This document shows positions 18,323-27,430 of a stretch of DNA of 64,000 nucleotides, piece after piece. A program made the position numbers and the translations under genes. Under the pieces are notes generated by a model, which worked only from the letters and a program-made list of their open reading frames with translations, searched no databases and was not told the origin of the DNA. Positions within the stretch are counted from its first letter, which is position 1; every line of letters starts with the position of its first letter. The stretch is taken from assembly GCA_050117845.1 (NCBI GenBank), contig JASFLY010000002.1:96001-160000 (forward strand), written 5' to 3'. The stretch comes from Candidatus Zixiibacteriota bacterium (GTDB lineage Bacteria > RBG-13-66-14 > B26-G2 > WVWN01).

Positions 18323-19063
18323 ATGGGGAAAAACGTATTGTATTGCGGCCTGCTGGCGTTAGCCGGGGCCGCGTTTCTCGTGGGCGAGGCGGCCGGGGCC
18401 TGGGAACTCGTGGCCTCCTACGCCACGCCGACGTCGAATCCCCGCGGCTACTACGCCCACCCCGACGGCGGCTGGCTCGTGGACGATTCGGAGCCGGCGC
18501 GCGTCTTGCATGTATATTGGCCTTCGGGTTCCGTAGCCGCCAGTTTCACGGCGCCGGGGGGCGGCGGGGCGTTCGGCGTTTGCCGCGGCCCGGGCGGCCA
18601 TCTGCTGGTCTCGAACGCCACGTCGTCCATGATTTACGAGACGTCGACCGCGGGCTCGGTCTACAACTCGTTCACCTGCCCCGTCGCGGGGCCGGCGGAC
18701 ATGACCTCCGGGTATTCCGGCAACTACGCCTGCATCGCTATTCCCGACGCCAACGTCCTGGCCCGGGTGGACATGACGACCGGCTCGCTCGTGTCCACGG
18801 CGGCGGGGCCGGGCGCTCGCCCCACGTCGTGCTGCGGCCACGACGTGGGTTTCGTCGCCGACGAGGCCACCCACACCATCTACCTTAACGGTTCGCCCAT
18901 TATTACCGGCGTCCAGACGCCCGTGGGCGTGGACGAGTTGTCCACCACCGACGGCACGTTCCTCTACGTCGTCGACGACGCCACGGATTATTGTTACATG
19001 TACCGGAGCGACGTGGCGGTGGCGCCGGCGTCCATGGGCCGAGTGAAAGCGCTGTTCCGGTAG
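18323..19063 (+). CDS. Secreted beta-propeller-like protein with PASMGRVKALFR tail
   Basis: Signal peptide; repeated GSVxxSFTxP blades; tail VAPASMGRVKALFR. Confidence 0.8.
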   Translation: MGKNVLYCGLLALAGAAFLVGEAAGAWELVASYATPTSNPRGYYAHPDGGWLVDDSEPARVLHVYWPSGSVAASFTAPGGGGAFGVCRGPGGHLLVSNATSSMIYETSTAGSVYNSFTCPVAGPADMTSGYSGNYACIAIPDANVLARVDMTTGSLVSTAAGPGARPTSCCGHDVGFVADEATHTIYLNGSPIITGVQTPVGVDELSTTDGTFLYVVDDATDYCYMYRSDVAVAPASMGRVKALFR

Positions 19064-19272
19064 GGGTAAGCCGGGTGAGGGTACCGGCGAGGATATTTAA
19101 TACTTAATCCACATTGAGGTCAGCTTTGGCGGGACAAAACGGAATCCTGTAGGCGGTCCGGCCCCGGGCGATGCGGGGCACGGACCGTATTTATGTTAAT
19201 ATAGCTCGCGAGCCGGCGGGGGTTCCGCCGCGGCCGTATTAACCGGGGGCGTTTGGGAACAAGGGGGCAACA

Positions 19273-20124
19273 ATGAAAGTGGCGGTACCGGTCGCTACGG
19301 CGCTGGCGATTGCGGGGGCGGCGTTCGCGTACGACGCGAGCGACGGCGCATATCCCGAGATTCACTGCAAACACTTCTTCTACGGTTACCCGACCGGCGC
19401 GCCGTTAACCAACGACATGATTATCCGCGACATCTACGCGTTGTCGTCGAACGACGAGACCAAGTTCGCCGATTGGGTGGCGTATCGCCTGGACGAAGAA
19501 ACCGTTACCGGCCCGTCCATCGATTACGATTACTGGAAGACGGAACCATGGCTCGACGCCGCCGAAACGCTGGAAGCCAAACCGCCGGCCGACGACGACT
19601 ACCGGGGCGCCCGCGCCGAACTCGGGACCGACCGCGGCCACCAGGCCCCGCTGGCGGCGTTCAAGGGCACCGATTGTTGGAAGGAAACCTTTTTTTATTC
19701 CAACGCGACGCCCCAGAAAAAAGAGCTGAACCAGGGCCCGTGGAAAAACCTCGAGGAGCGGGTCCGAGGTTTGGTTTACGCCGGCCACGTAGTCTACGTA
19801 ATGACCGGGCCGCTGTACGAATACGGGACGGAGGGCGAGATACCGAAACTCCCGCACGCCGACGAGCCCCACCTCATACCCTCGGCCTATTGGAAGATAG
19901 TCGCAATCCGACCGACGACCGATCCCGACTCCATCCGCGCCGCCGCGTTTATCTTCGAACAGGACACGCCCCGAAACGACGCCGTACTCGGCCACTTGGC
20001 CACCGTGGCGGCCGTCGAGGACAGGAGCGGCCTTATCTTTTTCCGCGAACTCCCGGCCGGGGACCAGACTCGAATAAAGAACGACAACCACGCCACGTGG
20101 GCGGCGGAGTATTTCGGCCCCTGA
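19273..20124 (+). CDS. Secreted DNA/RNA non-specific endonuclease (NucA/Serratia-type, beta-beta-alpha-Me)
   Basis: Signal peptide; TKFADWVAY, DRGHQAP, SNATPQ, LNQGPWKNLE, VMTGPLY and IPSAYWKIV motifs. Confidence 0.93.
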   Translation: MKVAVPVATALAIAGAAFAYDASDGAYPEIHCKHFFYGYPTGAPLTNDMIIRDIYALSSNDETKFADWVAYRLDEETVTGPSIDYDYWKTEPWLDAAETLEAKPPADDDYRGARAELGTDRGHQAPLAAFKGTDCWKETFFYSNATPQKKELNQGPWKNLEERVRGLVYAGHVVYVMTGPLYEYGTEGEIPKLPHADEPHLIPSAYWKIVAIRPTTDPDSIRAAAFIFEQDTPRNDAVLGHLATVAAVEDRSGLIFFRELPAGDQTRIKNDNHATWAAEYFGP

Positions 20125-20390
20125 GACGCTTCCAACGAAAGGAGGACCACCGCGTTTTAAATTCTACCGGAAACCGGAGTATGTTTTACGGTTCGATATC
20201 GTGAGGGTCGATATGCCGGGCCCCGGTAAATTTCCGGTCACCGGGGGCGGGGTTGTACCCGCTCCAAGCGGCGCAATCCACCGTAGCCGCGGGTAACGGG
20301 TACTACCGCGAAAAGGTCGTTAACACCCGCTCTTTGTGAGTTAACAACCAGGCGGAACGCAAGTCGTATAGGAGGAGGTGCGCGGGCGAG

Positions 20391-22436
20391 ATGAAAAATC
20401 CCCTTCGTCCAAGCTTTGACTTTATTTCCCGTCAAATGCGCAGGTTTTACGAATACGCGAACCGGGCTCCGGCCGAGGTCGCGGCCATCGTCATATTCTG
20501 CGGGGCGGCGTTCATCCGACTTCTCTTCGTCGAATACGGCCTCCCTTACACGTACTTCTGGGACGAGACGGCCGTCGTAACGGCCGCCCGGGATATGATA
20601 ATTAGAGGGCAGCTGTGGCCCGAAGATTTTTATAATTACCCTTCCGCGGTAATTAACCTCCAGGCGGTGACCTCGGTCATCTCCTATCTGTACGCGCTCG
20701 GGAAGTCTCCGGTTTTCCTGACCTTCGAACAGATACCGATAAGGCGCTTCTACGTACTGGGTCGGACCATGATGGTGGCTTTCTCCGTGGCCAGTATCGT
20801 TTTCACGTATCGTTTCGCCGCCGACGTCTGGAAGAAGCCGTGGTGGGGAGTCGCGGCCGCCGCCCTTCTGGCCGTAAGCCACCACTATATAACGATAAGT
20901 CGCCAAATAGGCGTGGACGTGCCGATGGTGGCTCTGGTGATGGGGGGGACGTACTTCCTTTTCCGTTTCGGCCTGACGTCATCCCGCCGCGACTTTATAG
21001 TCAGCGCGATTTTATGGGGCGCCGCGGCCGGCACCAAATACACCGCCGTCCTCTTCGCTCTCCCCATAATCGTAACGTTGATGGCCTGGCGCCAACCGTT
21101 CCGGCGGTTCGCGGCCTTCGGCGCAATCGCGGCCGGGACTTTCTTGGTACTCACTCCGGGCGTCGTCTTTAAAATGAACGAGTTTCTCCGCGATTTCGCC
21201 TTCGAATACCACCATTACAAAGTACTCGGCCACAACTTCTTGACGTCGGACCAACCGCTCCCCAAACTTACGGAATTCCTGTTGGAGTATAACTTCACGC
21301 TCCTGCCGGTCGTATTCCTCGTCGTCGGGATCGGCGTTTTAGCGGCTTCCCGGCGCAAGGACTGGTTGTTATTTCTGCTTTTCCCGGTCACGTTCGTAAT
21401 TGCGATAGCCAATCTCCGCATCCCTTCCCGTCGGTTCGTAATCGACATCCTGCCCTTCCTGGCGTTGCTTTTCTGTGCGGGCCTGGGTACCGTCGTGGAA
21501 TTCCTGTGGCGGTTGAAGCGTAAACCGTTGAAAACGGCCGCGGCCGTGGCCCTCGTGGCCGTCGTCTTTTTCGGGCCCGCCCGCCTCGCCTACGAGGGAA
21601 TGGTGGCGTGGTCCCATACCGACCAGCGTACGTTGGCGGCGGAATGGATACAAGAGAACGTGCCGTGGCCGGCCGTCGTCGTCAAAGAGGTTTGGAACGG
21701 CCTGGAGAGAGAGAAGGGGGGAGAAACGGACGCGGCGCCCATAGACCCCGGGAAGTACGAAATCGTAACCGTCGACTGGCTCACCCGCAAATCGGCCAAA
21801 CATTGGTTGAAGGGAGGGGCCGTATATTACTCGTGCCACATGAGAGCGTCGAGGTATCCCGGCCGCGCCTGTTTCGACCGCGGGGCGTTGAAGGGAACCC
21901 ACGGCGATAACGCCGCGTTCTGGGGCAACTTCAAGTTGGTGAAATCGTTCCCGCCCCCGCGCCTGGCCCCCTACTGCGAACCGATGTGCATCTATCGGCT
22001 CAGGGACAATAAGCTCAAAAAGCGCCACCCGTACCGGCGCGTACTGCCGCTGAAAGAATGCCTCGTTAAGAAGGCGACCTGCCCCCACGAAGTGATAAAA
22101 CGGGAGAAGGGGAGTTTCTGTTTGCCGGAAAACTCCCGCCTCGGCGTCTATTTCACCGCTCCCGCGCGCCCTTACAGGATAGGTCTACGTTGCGACGGCG
22201 CGCCGGTTAAAGGCGTAGGGCCGCACCTGCGCGTATCCGTGGACGGCGAAGAGGCGGCGGATATCCACGTTACCGGCCCCGGCGTTTACTATACCCCCGA
22301 ACTCGCCGCGCCGCCGCCCTTCTACCGGCACCTGTTGGTCGAATACTACAACGACGATACCCAGGAAGGAGACCGTAACGTAACGATCTCCGGCATTTTC
22401 GTGGAAAAAGCGGGCAAGCCGGCCGCCGGTTCCTAG
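20391..22436 (+). CDS. GT-C glycosyltransferase (PMT_2/ArnT-like) with a C-terminal carbohydrate-binding-like domain
   Basis: GLPYTYFWDE (DE motif), YP, VDVPM and GTKY; about 11-13 TM segments; C-terminal VSVDG...YYNDD...DRNV. Confidence 0.8.
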   Translation: MKNPLRPSFDFISRQMRRFYEYANRAPAEVAAIVIFCGAAFIRLLFVEYGLPYTYFWDETAVVTAARDMIIRGQLWPEDFYNYPSAVINLQAVTSVISYLYALGKSPVFLTFEQIPIRRFYVLGRTMMVAFSVASIVFTYRFAADVWKKPWWGVAAAALLAVSHHYITISRQIGVDVPMVALVMGGTYFLFRFGLTSSRRDFIVSAILWGAAAGTKYTAVLFALPIIVTLMAWRQPFRRFAAFGAIAAGTFLVLTPGVVFKMNEFLRDFAFEYHHYKVLGHNFLTSDQPLPKLTEFLLEYNFTLLPVVFLVVGIGVLAASRRKDWLLFLLFPVTFVIAIANLRIPSRRFVIDILPFLALLFCAGLGTVVEFLWRLKRKPLKTAAAVALVAVVFFGPARLAYEGMVAWSHTDQRTLAAEWIQENVPWPAVVVKEVWNGLEREKGGETDAAPIDPGKYEIVTVDWLTRKSAKHWLKGGAVYYSCHMRASRYPGRACFDRGALKGTHGDNAAFWGNFKLVKSFPPPRLAPYCEPMCIYRLRDNKLKKRHPYRRVLPLKECLVKKATCPHEVIKREKGSFCLPENSRLGVYFTAPARPYRIGLRCDGAPVKGVGPHLRVSVDGEEAADIHVTGPGVYYTPELAAPPPFYRHLLVEYYNDDTQEGDRNVTISGIFVEKAGKPAAGS

Positions 22437-22440
22437 GGGC

Positions 22441-22550
22441 AAAGAAAGCCGCCCCCCGGGGTGCGGCGTTCTTTTGCCTAAAACCCGTTACGTACTAATC
22501 CACCCCGCTATAACAAGCGGCGCCGGCTGTCGCCAACCGGCGCCGTTTCT
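22441..22550. terminator. Two hairpins between convergent genes (probable terminators)
   Basis: AAGAAAGCCGC...GCGGCGTTCTTTT and GCGGCGCCGG...CCGGCGCCGT. Confidence 0.55.
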
Positions 22551-22580
22551 ACATCAACTCGAAAGCCGTCGCCTATGCCG

Positions 22581-24830
22581 TTACCACTCCAACCCGAGGC
22601 CGCCGTAAAAGAAGCGCCCCGGTTCGTTAACTATCGCCGGGTTCGCGCCCGAACCGCCTATCACGTCCCACTCGTACGAATTGGCCACGGCGTACTCGCG
22701 GTCCAGGAGGTTGTCGGCGCCGGCGTTCAGCTTGAACCATCTGAAGCGGTAGCCGAGCCGGGCGTTCAATACGTCCCACGCCGGCAAGCGCTGTTCGCCC
22801 ACGTACTCGTCCACGTCGTCGGCCGCGGCGGAGCGTACCCATTCCAGCGTCGCGAAAAGGCCGGCGTCGTCCTGGCCGAAGGGCGCCGGGTTATCGTAAC
22901 CCAGCGACACCCGGGTCTTGAGCGGGGCTATCTGGCCGAGGTCCCCGTCGGCGTTGTTGTCGGGATAGCCGTCCTTAACGCCGCGCTGGTACGCGGCGCC
23001 GACGTCACAGGAAATACCGGCCACCAGATCGACACCCGCGTTCACGTCGCCGCCGTAGATATGGGCGTCAATGTTGGTGTAGCTTCTATATCCGGCGGCG
23101 TTATTCTCCTGGTAAATGTAATCGGCGAGGTCGGCGTAGAATCCCTTGGACCCGAACGTCCACCGGCCCCGCTCGACCTTCAGCCCCGCGTCGCATTCCG
23201 TGTTCGACGCCGGCTCCAGCTCCGGGTTGCCGAAGAAGGCGGGGTTCCCCTGGATGTAGCGCTCCGTCGACTCCGGCGTCCGGTAGCTCCGGCCCACGCC
23301 GCCGAAGGCCGTAAGGCCGGCCGCCGGATAAAACTTCACGGATCCGTACCCGCCGACGAGGTGGTTCACCCGCCGGTTCGCGTCCGTAACGGTACTCGTG
23401 AACACGAGGTCCTCTTCCGCCTCCTGTTCGAAACGGTCGTACCGCACGCCCGCGCTTAAGGACCACTTTCTAATATCCTTATTTATTTTAAGGTACGCGC
23501 CGGCGTCCGTCGTCCGAACCGAAGGGATAAGGTAATCGTTCGCCAGAGCCCCCGTTAGGGTGTCGAAGACGTCACCCCGCCACGTCCGGCGGTACACGTC
23601 GACGCCGTAGGTAAAGGTCGCCCCGGCCGCGTCGGCCACGTTCCTTATGCCGCCGCCGTTGATGACCGACTCGACGTCGTTGTTCTTGGGCGCGGCCACT
23701 TCCCGCAGGCCCTGATACGGGTAATGTTCCACGGCGTTGCGGTAGGCCGAGAACGTCAGGTCGTCCGAAGCGCGGCCCAGGTCCGTTATATCCCAGCTGA
23801 ACTTGCTAAGGTGCGTTATCTCCTTCTCGGTATCGAAGACGACGCGGGGCGTTACTATATCGTTCGCCCGGCCGTAGGTATGCTCGAGCAGGAGCTTGTG
23901 CCGCTCGCCGGGCGTGAAGCTTATCTTGCTCCAGGCGTCGTGCTTGCGGAACGACCTCGCGTCCCGCCCCCGGGCGTTGTAGGGCGCGGCGAGGCCCTCG
24001 CGCGCTTCCCACAACGCGCGGCCGGCGCCGTCCCGGTACTGGCCGGCCTCGGAGAAATTGTAGCCGAGCAGGCCCTGCACCACGTCGCCGCCGCCGGTCG
24101 CCGCAAGGCCGCCGCTGTGGAAGTCGTAGCTCCCGGCCTTGGCGAGGAACTCCCCGTCGAAGCCGGCCCGGGGCTTCTTGGTGACGACGTCCACGTAGCC
24201 GCCGAGACAACCCGGCTTCGTAACGTCGAACGGCCCCTCCTCGACCACCATGCTCTGGACTGTTAACATGTTTATGTGAGACAGGGACGGGTCCTTGCGG
24301 CTGCCGCACGCGCCTTCCACCATGCCGCCGTCGAGCAGGACCCGCATATTCGCCTGGCCGAAGCCGCGGATCGATACCTCGTTGCCGTAGCCGCCCTTGC
24401 GGACGATTTGCACTTCAACCAGCTCGTCCGAAAGGATCTCGGCCAGATCGACTATTTTACGGGACTCGAGCGCCCGGCGCTCGATCCACCGTTTCTCCTC
24501 CGACTCCGCCGTGCTCATGATGAACAGCGGCTTCATTTCCCGGTACCTCCGCACCAGCAGTTCCGTTCCGTCTCCGGCCGCGATCAGCGTGCCTTCCACT
24601 TCGACGACCCGCTGGTTAAAATCCTCCAGTCCCGTGCAGTTCTCGGCCGGGATGAGTTTGTATACGGTATCGCGTTGGCACCGAAGCGTTATCGTCGGCG
24701 CGTCCGCCCCGTCCCGGGTAACGCTAATCACGCCCCGGACGGTGGTGAGTTCCCCGGCCGCGCCCACGGCGCCGGCCGACGCCGACGCCAACAGCGCCGT
24801 CGCCGCGAGCGCCATTCGCAAGCATCGCAT
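22581..24830 (-). CDS. TonB-dependent receptor, OprC/NosA (metal receptor)-like
   Basis: Signal peptide; plug [15 protein letters not shown]...GACGSRKDP...EGPFDV...[31 protein letters not shown]; terminal W. ATG at 24830 follows AGGAGG. Confidence 0.9.
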   Translation of the reverse strand: MRCLRMALAATALLASASAGAVGAAGELTTVRGVISVTRDGADAPTITLRCQRDTVYKLIPAENCTGLEDFNQRVVEVEGTLIAAGDGTELLVRRYREMKPLFIMSTAESEEKRWIERRALESRKIVDLAEILSDELVEVQIVRKGGYGNEVSIRGFGQANMRVLLDGGMVEGACGSRKDPSLSHINMLTVQSMVVEEGPFDVTKPGCLGGYVDVVTKKPRAGFDGEFLAKAGSYDFHSGGLAATGGGDVVQGLLGYNFSEAGQYRDGAGRALWEAREGLAAPYNARGRDARSFRKHDAWSKISFTPGERHKLLLEHTYGRANDIVTPRVVFDTEKEITHLSKFSWDITDLGRASDDLTFSAYRNAVEHYPYQGLREVAAPKNNDVESVINGGGIRNVADAAGATFTYGVDVYRRTWRGDVFDTLTGALANDYLIPSVRTTDAGAYLKINKDIRKWSLSAGVRYDRFEQEAEEDLVFTSTVTDANRRVNHLVGGYGSVKFYPAAGLTAFGGVGRSYRTPESTERYIQGNPAFFGNPELEPASNTECDAGLKVERGRWTFGSKGFYADLADYIYQENNAAGYRSYTNIDAHIYGGDVNAGVDLVAGISCDVGAAYQRGVKDGYPDNNADGDLGQIAPLKTRVSLGYDNPAPFGQDDAGLFATLEWVRSAAADDVDEYVGEQRLPAWDVLNARLGYRFRWFKLNAGADNLLDREYAVANSYEWDVIGGSGANPAIVNEPGRFFYGGLGLEW

Positions 24831-24835
24831 TGCTT

Positions 24836-24953
24836 TCCTCCTGTATCCTGGAAGCGTTGAATTGGGCCGCGGCGGCGTTTCCTCCGGTAATACGGAGAAC
24901 GTCAACGCCGTCCGGCGGCTTTAACCTGGTAAAGGACGACCAAGATAGGAGGA
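24836..24953 (-). promoter_or_regulatory. Predicted anti-SD/SD stem sequestering the receptor ribosome-binding site
   Basis: mRNA UCCUCCUAUCUUGG (24953-24940) pairs with CCAGGAUACAGGAGGA (24851-24836): 14 bp, one G-U pair, a 2-nt bulge. Confidence 0.7.
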
Positions 24954-25337
24954 GGGTGGAGCGCGGGGATAACCGTCTGTCGCTAGAAATGTTTGCGGAG
25001 AGAAGCTATCCGTAGAGGTTACGGATAGAGTTATTATACGCAGGCCGAAAGGGACGTCGGCCTGAGTCAGTTGGTCACACTGGGCGAATTGGGCGAAGGC
25101 CCGGCAAATGGGGCAGGTGGCCGGGTCGTGCTCGTGAGCCGGCCCGCGGCCGTGTGGGTGGGGGTCGGCCGCCTCGCCCGCGCCGACCGAACACGGACAG
25201 GCCGCGCCCTCTATAGAGCCGCGGCCGAAGCCGTGCTCGCCACCCTCCCGGGCGAAGTGGCAAACGTACAGAACGGGGAGGAGCGCGATAGCCAGCGCCG
25301 CCCATAACGGGAGAACTCGTTTTAAATACGTACGCAC
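24921..25337 (-). CDS. DUF2946-like (CruR/CutF-type) leader protein with CxxC and RAPP arrest motif
   Basis: N-terminal hydrophobic segment, His-rich HPHGRGPAHEHD, CPIC and near-terminal YPRAPP. Lies directly upstream of the TonB receptor. GTG 25337 chosen as start. Confidence 0.8.
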   Translation of the reverse strand: MRTYLKRVLPLWAALAIALLPVLYVCHFAREGGEHGFGRGSIEGAACPCSVGAGEAADPHPHGRGPAHEHDPATCPICRAFAQFAQCDQLTQADVPFGLRIITLSVTSTDSFSPQTFLATDGYPRAPPSSYLGRPLPG

Positions 25338-25348
25338 GAGGCCGGGCG

Positions 25349-25378
25349 ATTCTACGTCGGCCTTCACGCGGCTGTCAA
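25349..25378 (-). promoter_or_regulatory. Putative sigma70 promoter for the leader/receptor operon
   Basis: Minus strand TTGACA-18 bp-TAGAAT, ending 11 nt before GTG 25337. Confidence 0.6.
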
Positions 25379-25504
25379 GACAAAACGGCCCGGACGCGAA
25401 GTAGGGGCGTAATACGTTAAGCCCGCGCGGGCGCAAATCCTAACGCCCCTCCGCCCCCGCCTTTTCTTTTGCCTTGAACCCCCCGCCTATGTTAACTTAA
25501 CGCC

Positions 25505-27001
25505 GTGCGGGTGGCGCTGGTATACCCCGATTACGCCCCCTCCAAGACGCTGGCGGCGCCGGCGTCGTACGGCTTTTACGCCGAGGGGATATCCTCCGTG
25601 GCCGCGGTCCTTCAGGACGCAGGCCACGACGTATCGTTGATTCACCTCATAGGCCGGCCCGAACGGGACGAGTTCGAGGCCCGCGTGCGCGAGGCCGCCC
25701 CCGACGTCGTCGGCTTCTCCTCCCGCACGACCATATGGCCCGAAGTGAGGCGGCTGGCCGGCATCGTCCGGGAGGTCTCGGACGCCCCGGTCGTCGCCGG
25801 CGGCGTCCACGTCACGCTGGACCCGGAAGAGGTCGCGGCCTCGCCCGAGGTCGACGTCGCCGTCATCGGCGAGGGCGAATACCCGCTGCTGGAGATGTGC
25901 GAGGCCCTGGAGGCCGGCCGCGATTACCGCGACGTCGACAACCTCTGGGTGCGCGAGAACGGCGGCGTCCGGCGAAACGCCACCCGGCCCCTTCTCGCCG
26001 ACCTCGACGAACTCCCCCTCCCCGCCTACGACATCTACGACCGCGAGATCCTCTACGACGTCGCCATCGACACCGGGCCGGTCATGCTCTCGCGCGGCTG
26101 CCCCTACATGTGCACCTACTGCTGCAACCACCAGCTCAAACAGGCCTATCCCAACCGCAAGCACTACGCGCGCTTCCGCTCGCCCCGGCGCTCCATCGAG
26201 TACATCGAGAACCTCCGGGCCACGTTTCCCAATATTAAATATCTGAACATCACCGACAACATCCTCCCGCTCGAGCGCGAGTGGTTCTTCGAGTTCATAG
26301 AGCTGTATAAGGAGCGCGTAAAACTCCCGTTCGTCTGCCGCTACCGCCACAACCTGGTGACCCGCGACGTGCTGGAGGCGCTGGTGGAGGCGGGCTGCTA
26401 TCTCGTGCACTTCGGCCTCGAGTCCGGCAACGACGAGATTCGCCGGACCATCATCAATCGCCAAATGAGCGACGCCCAGATAGAGGAAGCGCACCGCCTC
26501 TGCCGCGAGGTCGGCCTGCCCACGCTCACGTATAACATGGTCGGCCTGCCCCACGAAAACAAGGCCAAGTTCCTGGACACGGTGAAGATTAACGCCCGCG
26601 TCCGCCCCAACCGCATCGTCCTCTCCGTCTTCTACCCCTACCCCCACACCGTCCTCCACGACCTCTGCGAACGCGAGGAACTGCTGGCCCCGGAGTTCGA
26701 CTACGAGAGCGAATCGTACCTGGTGCAGGAGGGCTTCCCGGTGTCCCACGTCCGCTTCTGCCAGGCGTACTTCGTCCCCGCGATCCGGTATTACCAGATC
26801 CTCTCGCGGCTCGGGGCGGTAGGCCGGCTCCTCGCTCGGGTCAGCGACGCGTTCTACAAATCACCCCTCCTGCCCCACCGCCTGCTGGTAGCGTTGGCCC
26901 GGGCCGGCAGGGCCGTATTCGACGGGACCAAACTCTTCATCCGGCGACGCCTGCCGGGCCTTTACGTCAAACTCCGCGACTGGAGGGTACGCCGGGCTTA
27001 G
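25505..27001 (+). CDS. B12-binding radical SAM protein
   Basis: PDVVGFS, VAGGVHVT and IGEGE (B12 domain); SRGCPYMCTYC; FGLESG; MVGLPHE. Confidence 0.92.
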   Translation: MRVALVYPDYAPSKTLAAPASYGFYAEGISSVAAVLQDAGHDVSLIHLIGRPERDEFEARVREAAPDVVGFSSRTTIWPEVRRLAGIVREVSDAPVVAGGVHVTLDPEEVAASPEVDVAVIGEGEYPLLEMCEALEAGRDYRDVDNLWVRENGGVRRNATRPLLADLDELPLPAYDIYDREILYDVAIDTGPVMLSRGCPYMCTYCCNHQLKQAYPNRKHYARFRSPRRSIEYIENLRATFPNIKYLNITDNILPLEREWFFEFIELYKERVKLPFVCRYRHNLVTRDVLEALVEAGCYLVHFGLESGNDEIRRTIINRQMSDAQIEEAHRLCREVGLPTLTYNMVGLPHENKAKFLDTVKINARVRPNRIVLSVFYPYPHTVLHDLCEREELLAPEFDYESESYLVQEGFPVSHVRFCQAYFVPAIRYYQILSRLGAVGRLLARVSDAFYKSPLLPHRLLVALARAGRAVFDGTKLFIRRRLPGLYVKLRDWRVRRA

Positions 27002-27016
27002 GCCGGCGGTGTAACC

Positions 27017-27427
27017 ATGGGAGGCAACTCGCTACTCATCTATCGGCGCTGGCTCCTGCAGGGGAACCGCGACCTGAAGGCGGCCGAGGTCCTGCACAAA
27101 ATCGGCGCGCACGAATGGGCGGCGTTCCTGGCGAAGCAAGCCGCCGAGAGAGTCCTCAAGGCTTACCTCTACTACAACGGCGAGGACGCCGTGGTGGACC
27201 ACTCCATCCGGTCGCTCCTCCATAAATGCAACCCCTACTCGCCGGCGTTCGAGGAAATCCACGACGTCGGCAAGATGGACCAGTTTTACGCCGGCCCGCG
27301 CTTCCCGGACAGCTTCGACGAGGCCGTGCCGGCCGACGCCGTCACGCCCGACCAGGCGGCGATGGCGGTCGAACTCGCCCGCAAGGCCGTGGCTCTCGTG
27401 GACTCCTTACCCGTTGGGAATGACTGA
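27017..27427 (+). CDS. HEPN-domain protein
   Basis: WLLQGNRDLKAA...AAFLAKQAAERVLKA...HSIRSL...FYAGPRFPD. Confidence 0.85.
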   Translation: MGGNSLLIYRRWLLQGNRDLKAAEVLHKIGAHEWAAFLAKQAAERVLKAYLYYNGEDAVVDHSIRSLLHKCNPYSPAFEEIHDVGKMDQFYAGPRFPDSFDEAVPADAVTPDQAAMAVELARKAVALVDSLPVGND

Positions 27428-27430
27428 ATA

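Noticed and set aside
24830..25500. Cobalamin riboswitch ahead of the TonB receptor or the B12 radical SAM gene
   Set aside because: No B12-box or conserved core was recognised, and the space is occupied by the RAPP leader ORF. An Infernal/Rfam scan would settle it.
7110..27427. Nucleotidyltransferase (7110) and HEPN (27017) as an MNT-HEPN pair
   Set aside because: They are 20 kb apart, and the nucleotidyltransferase is the longer MenT/AbiEii-like type with its own upstream partner.
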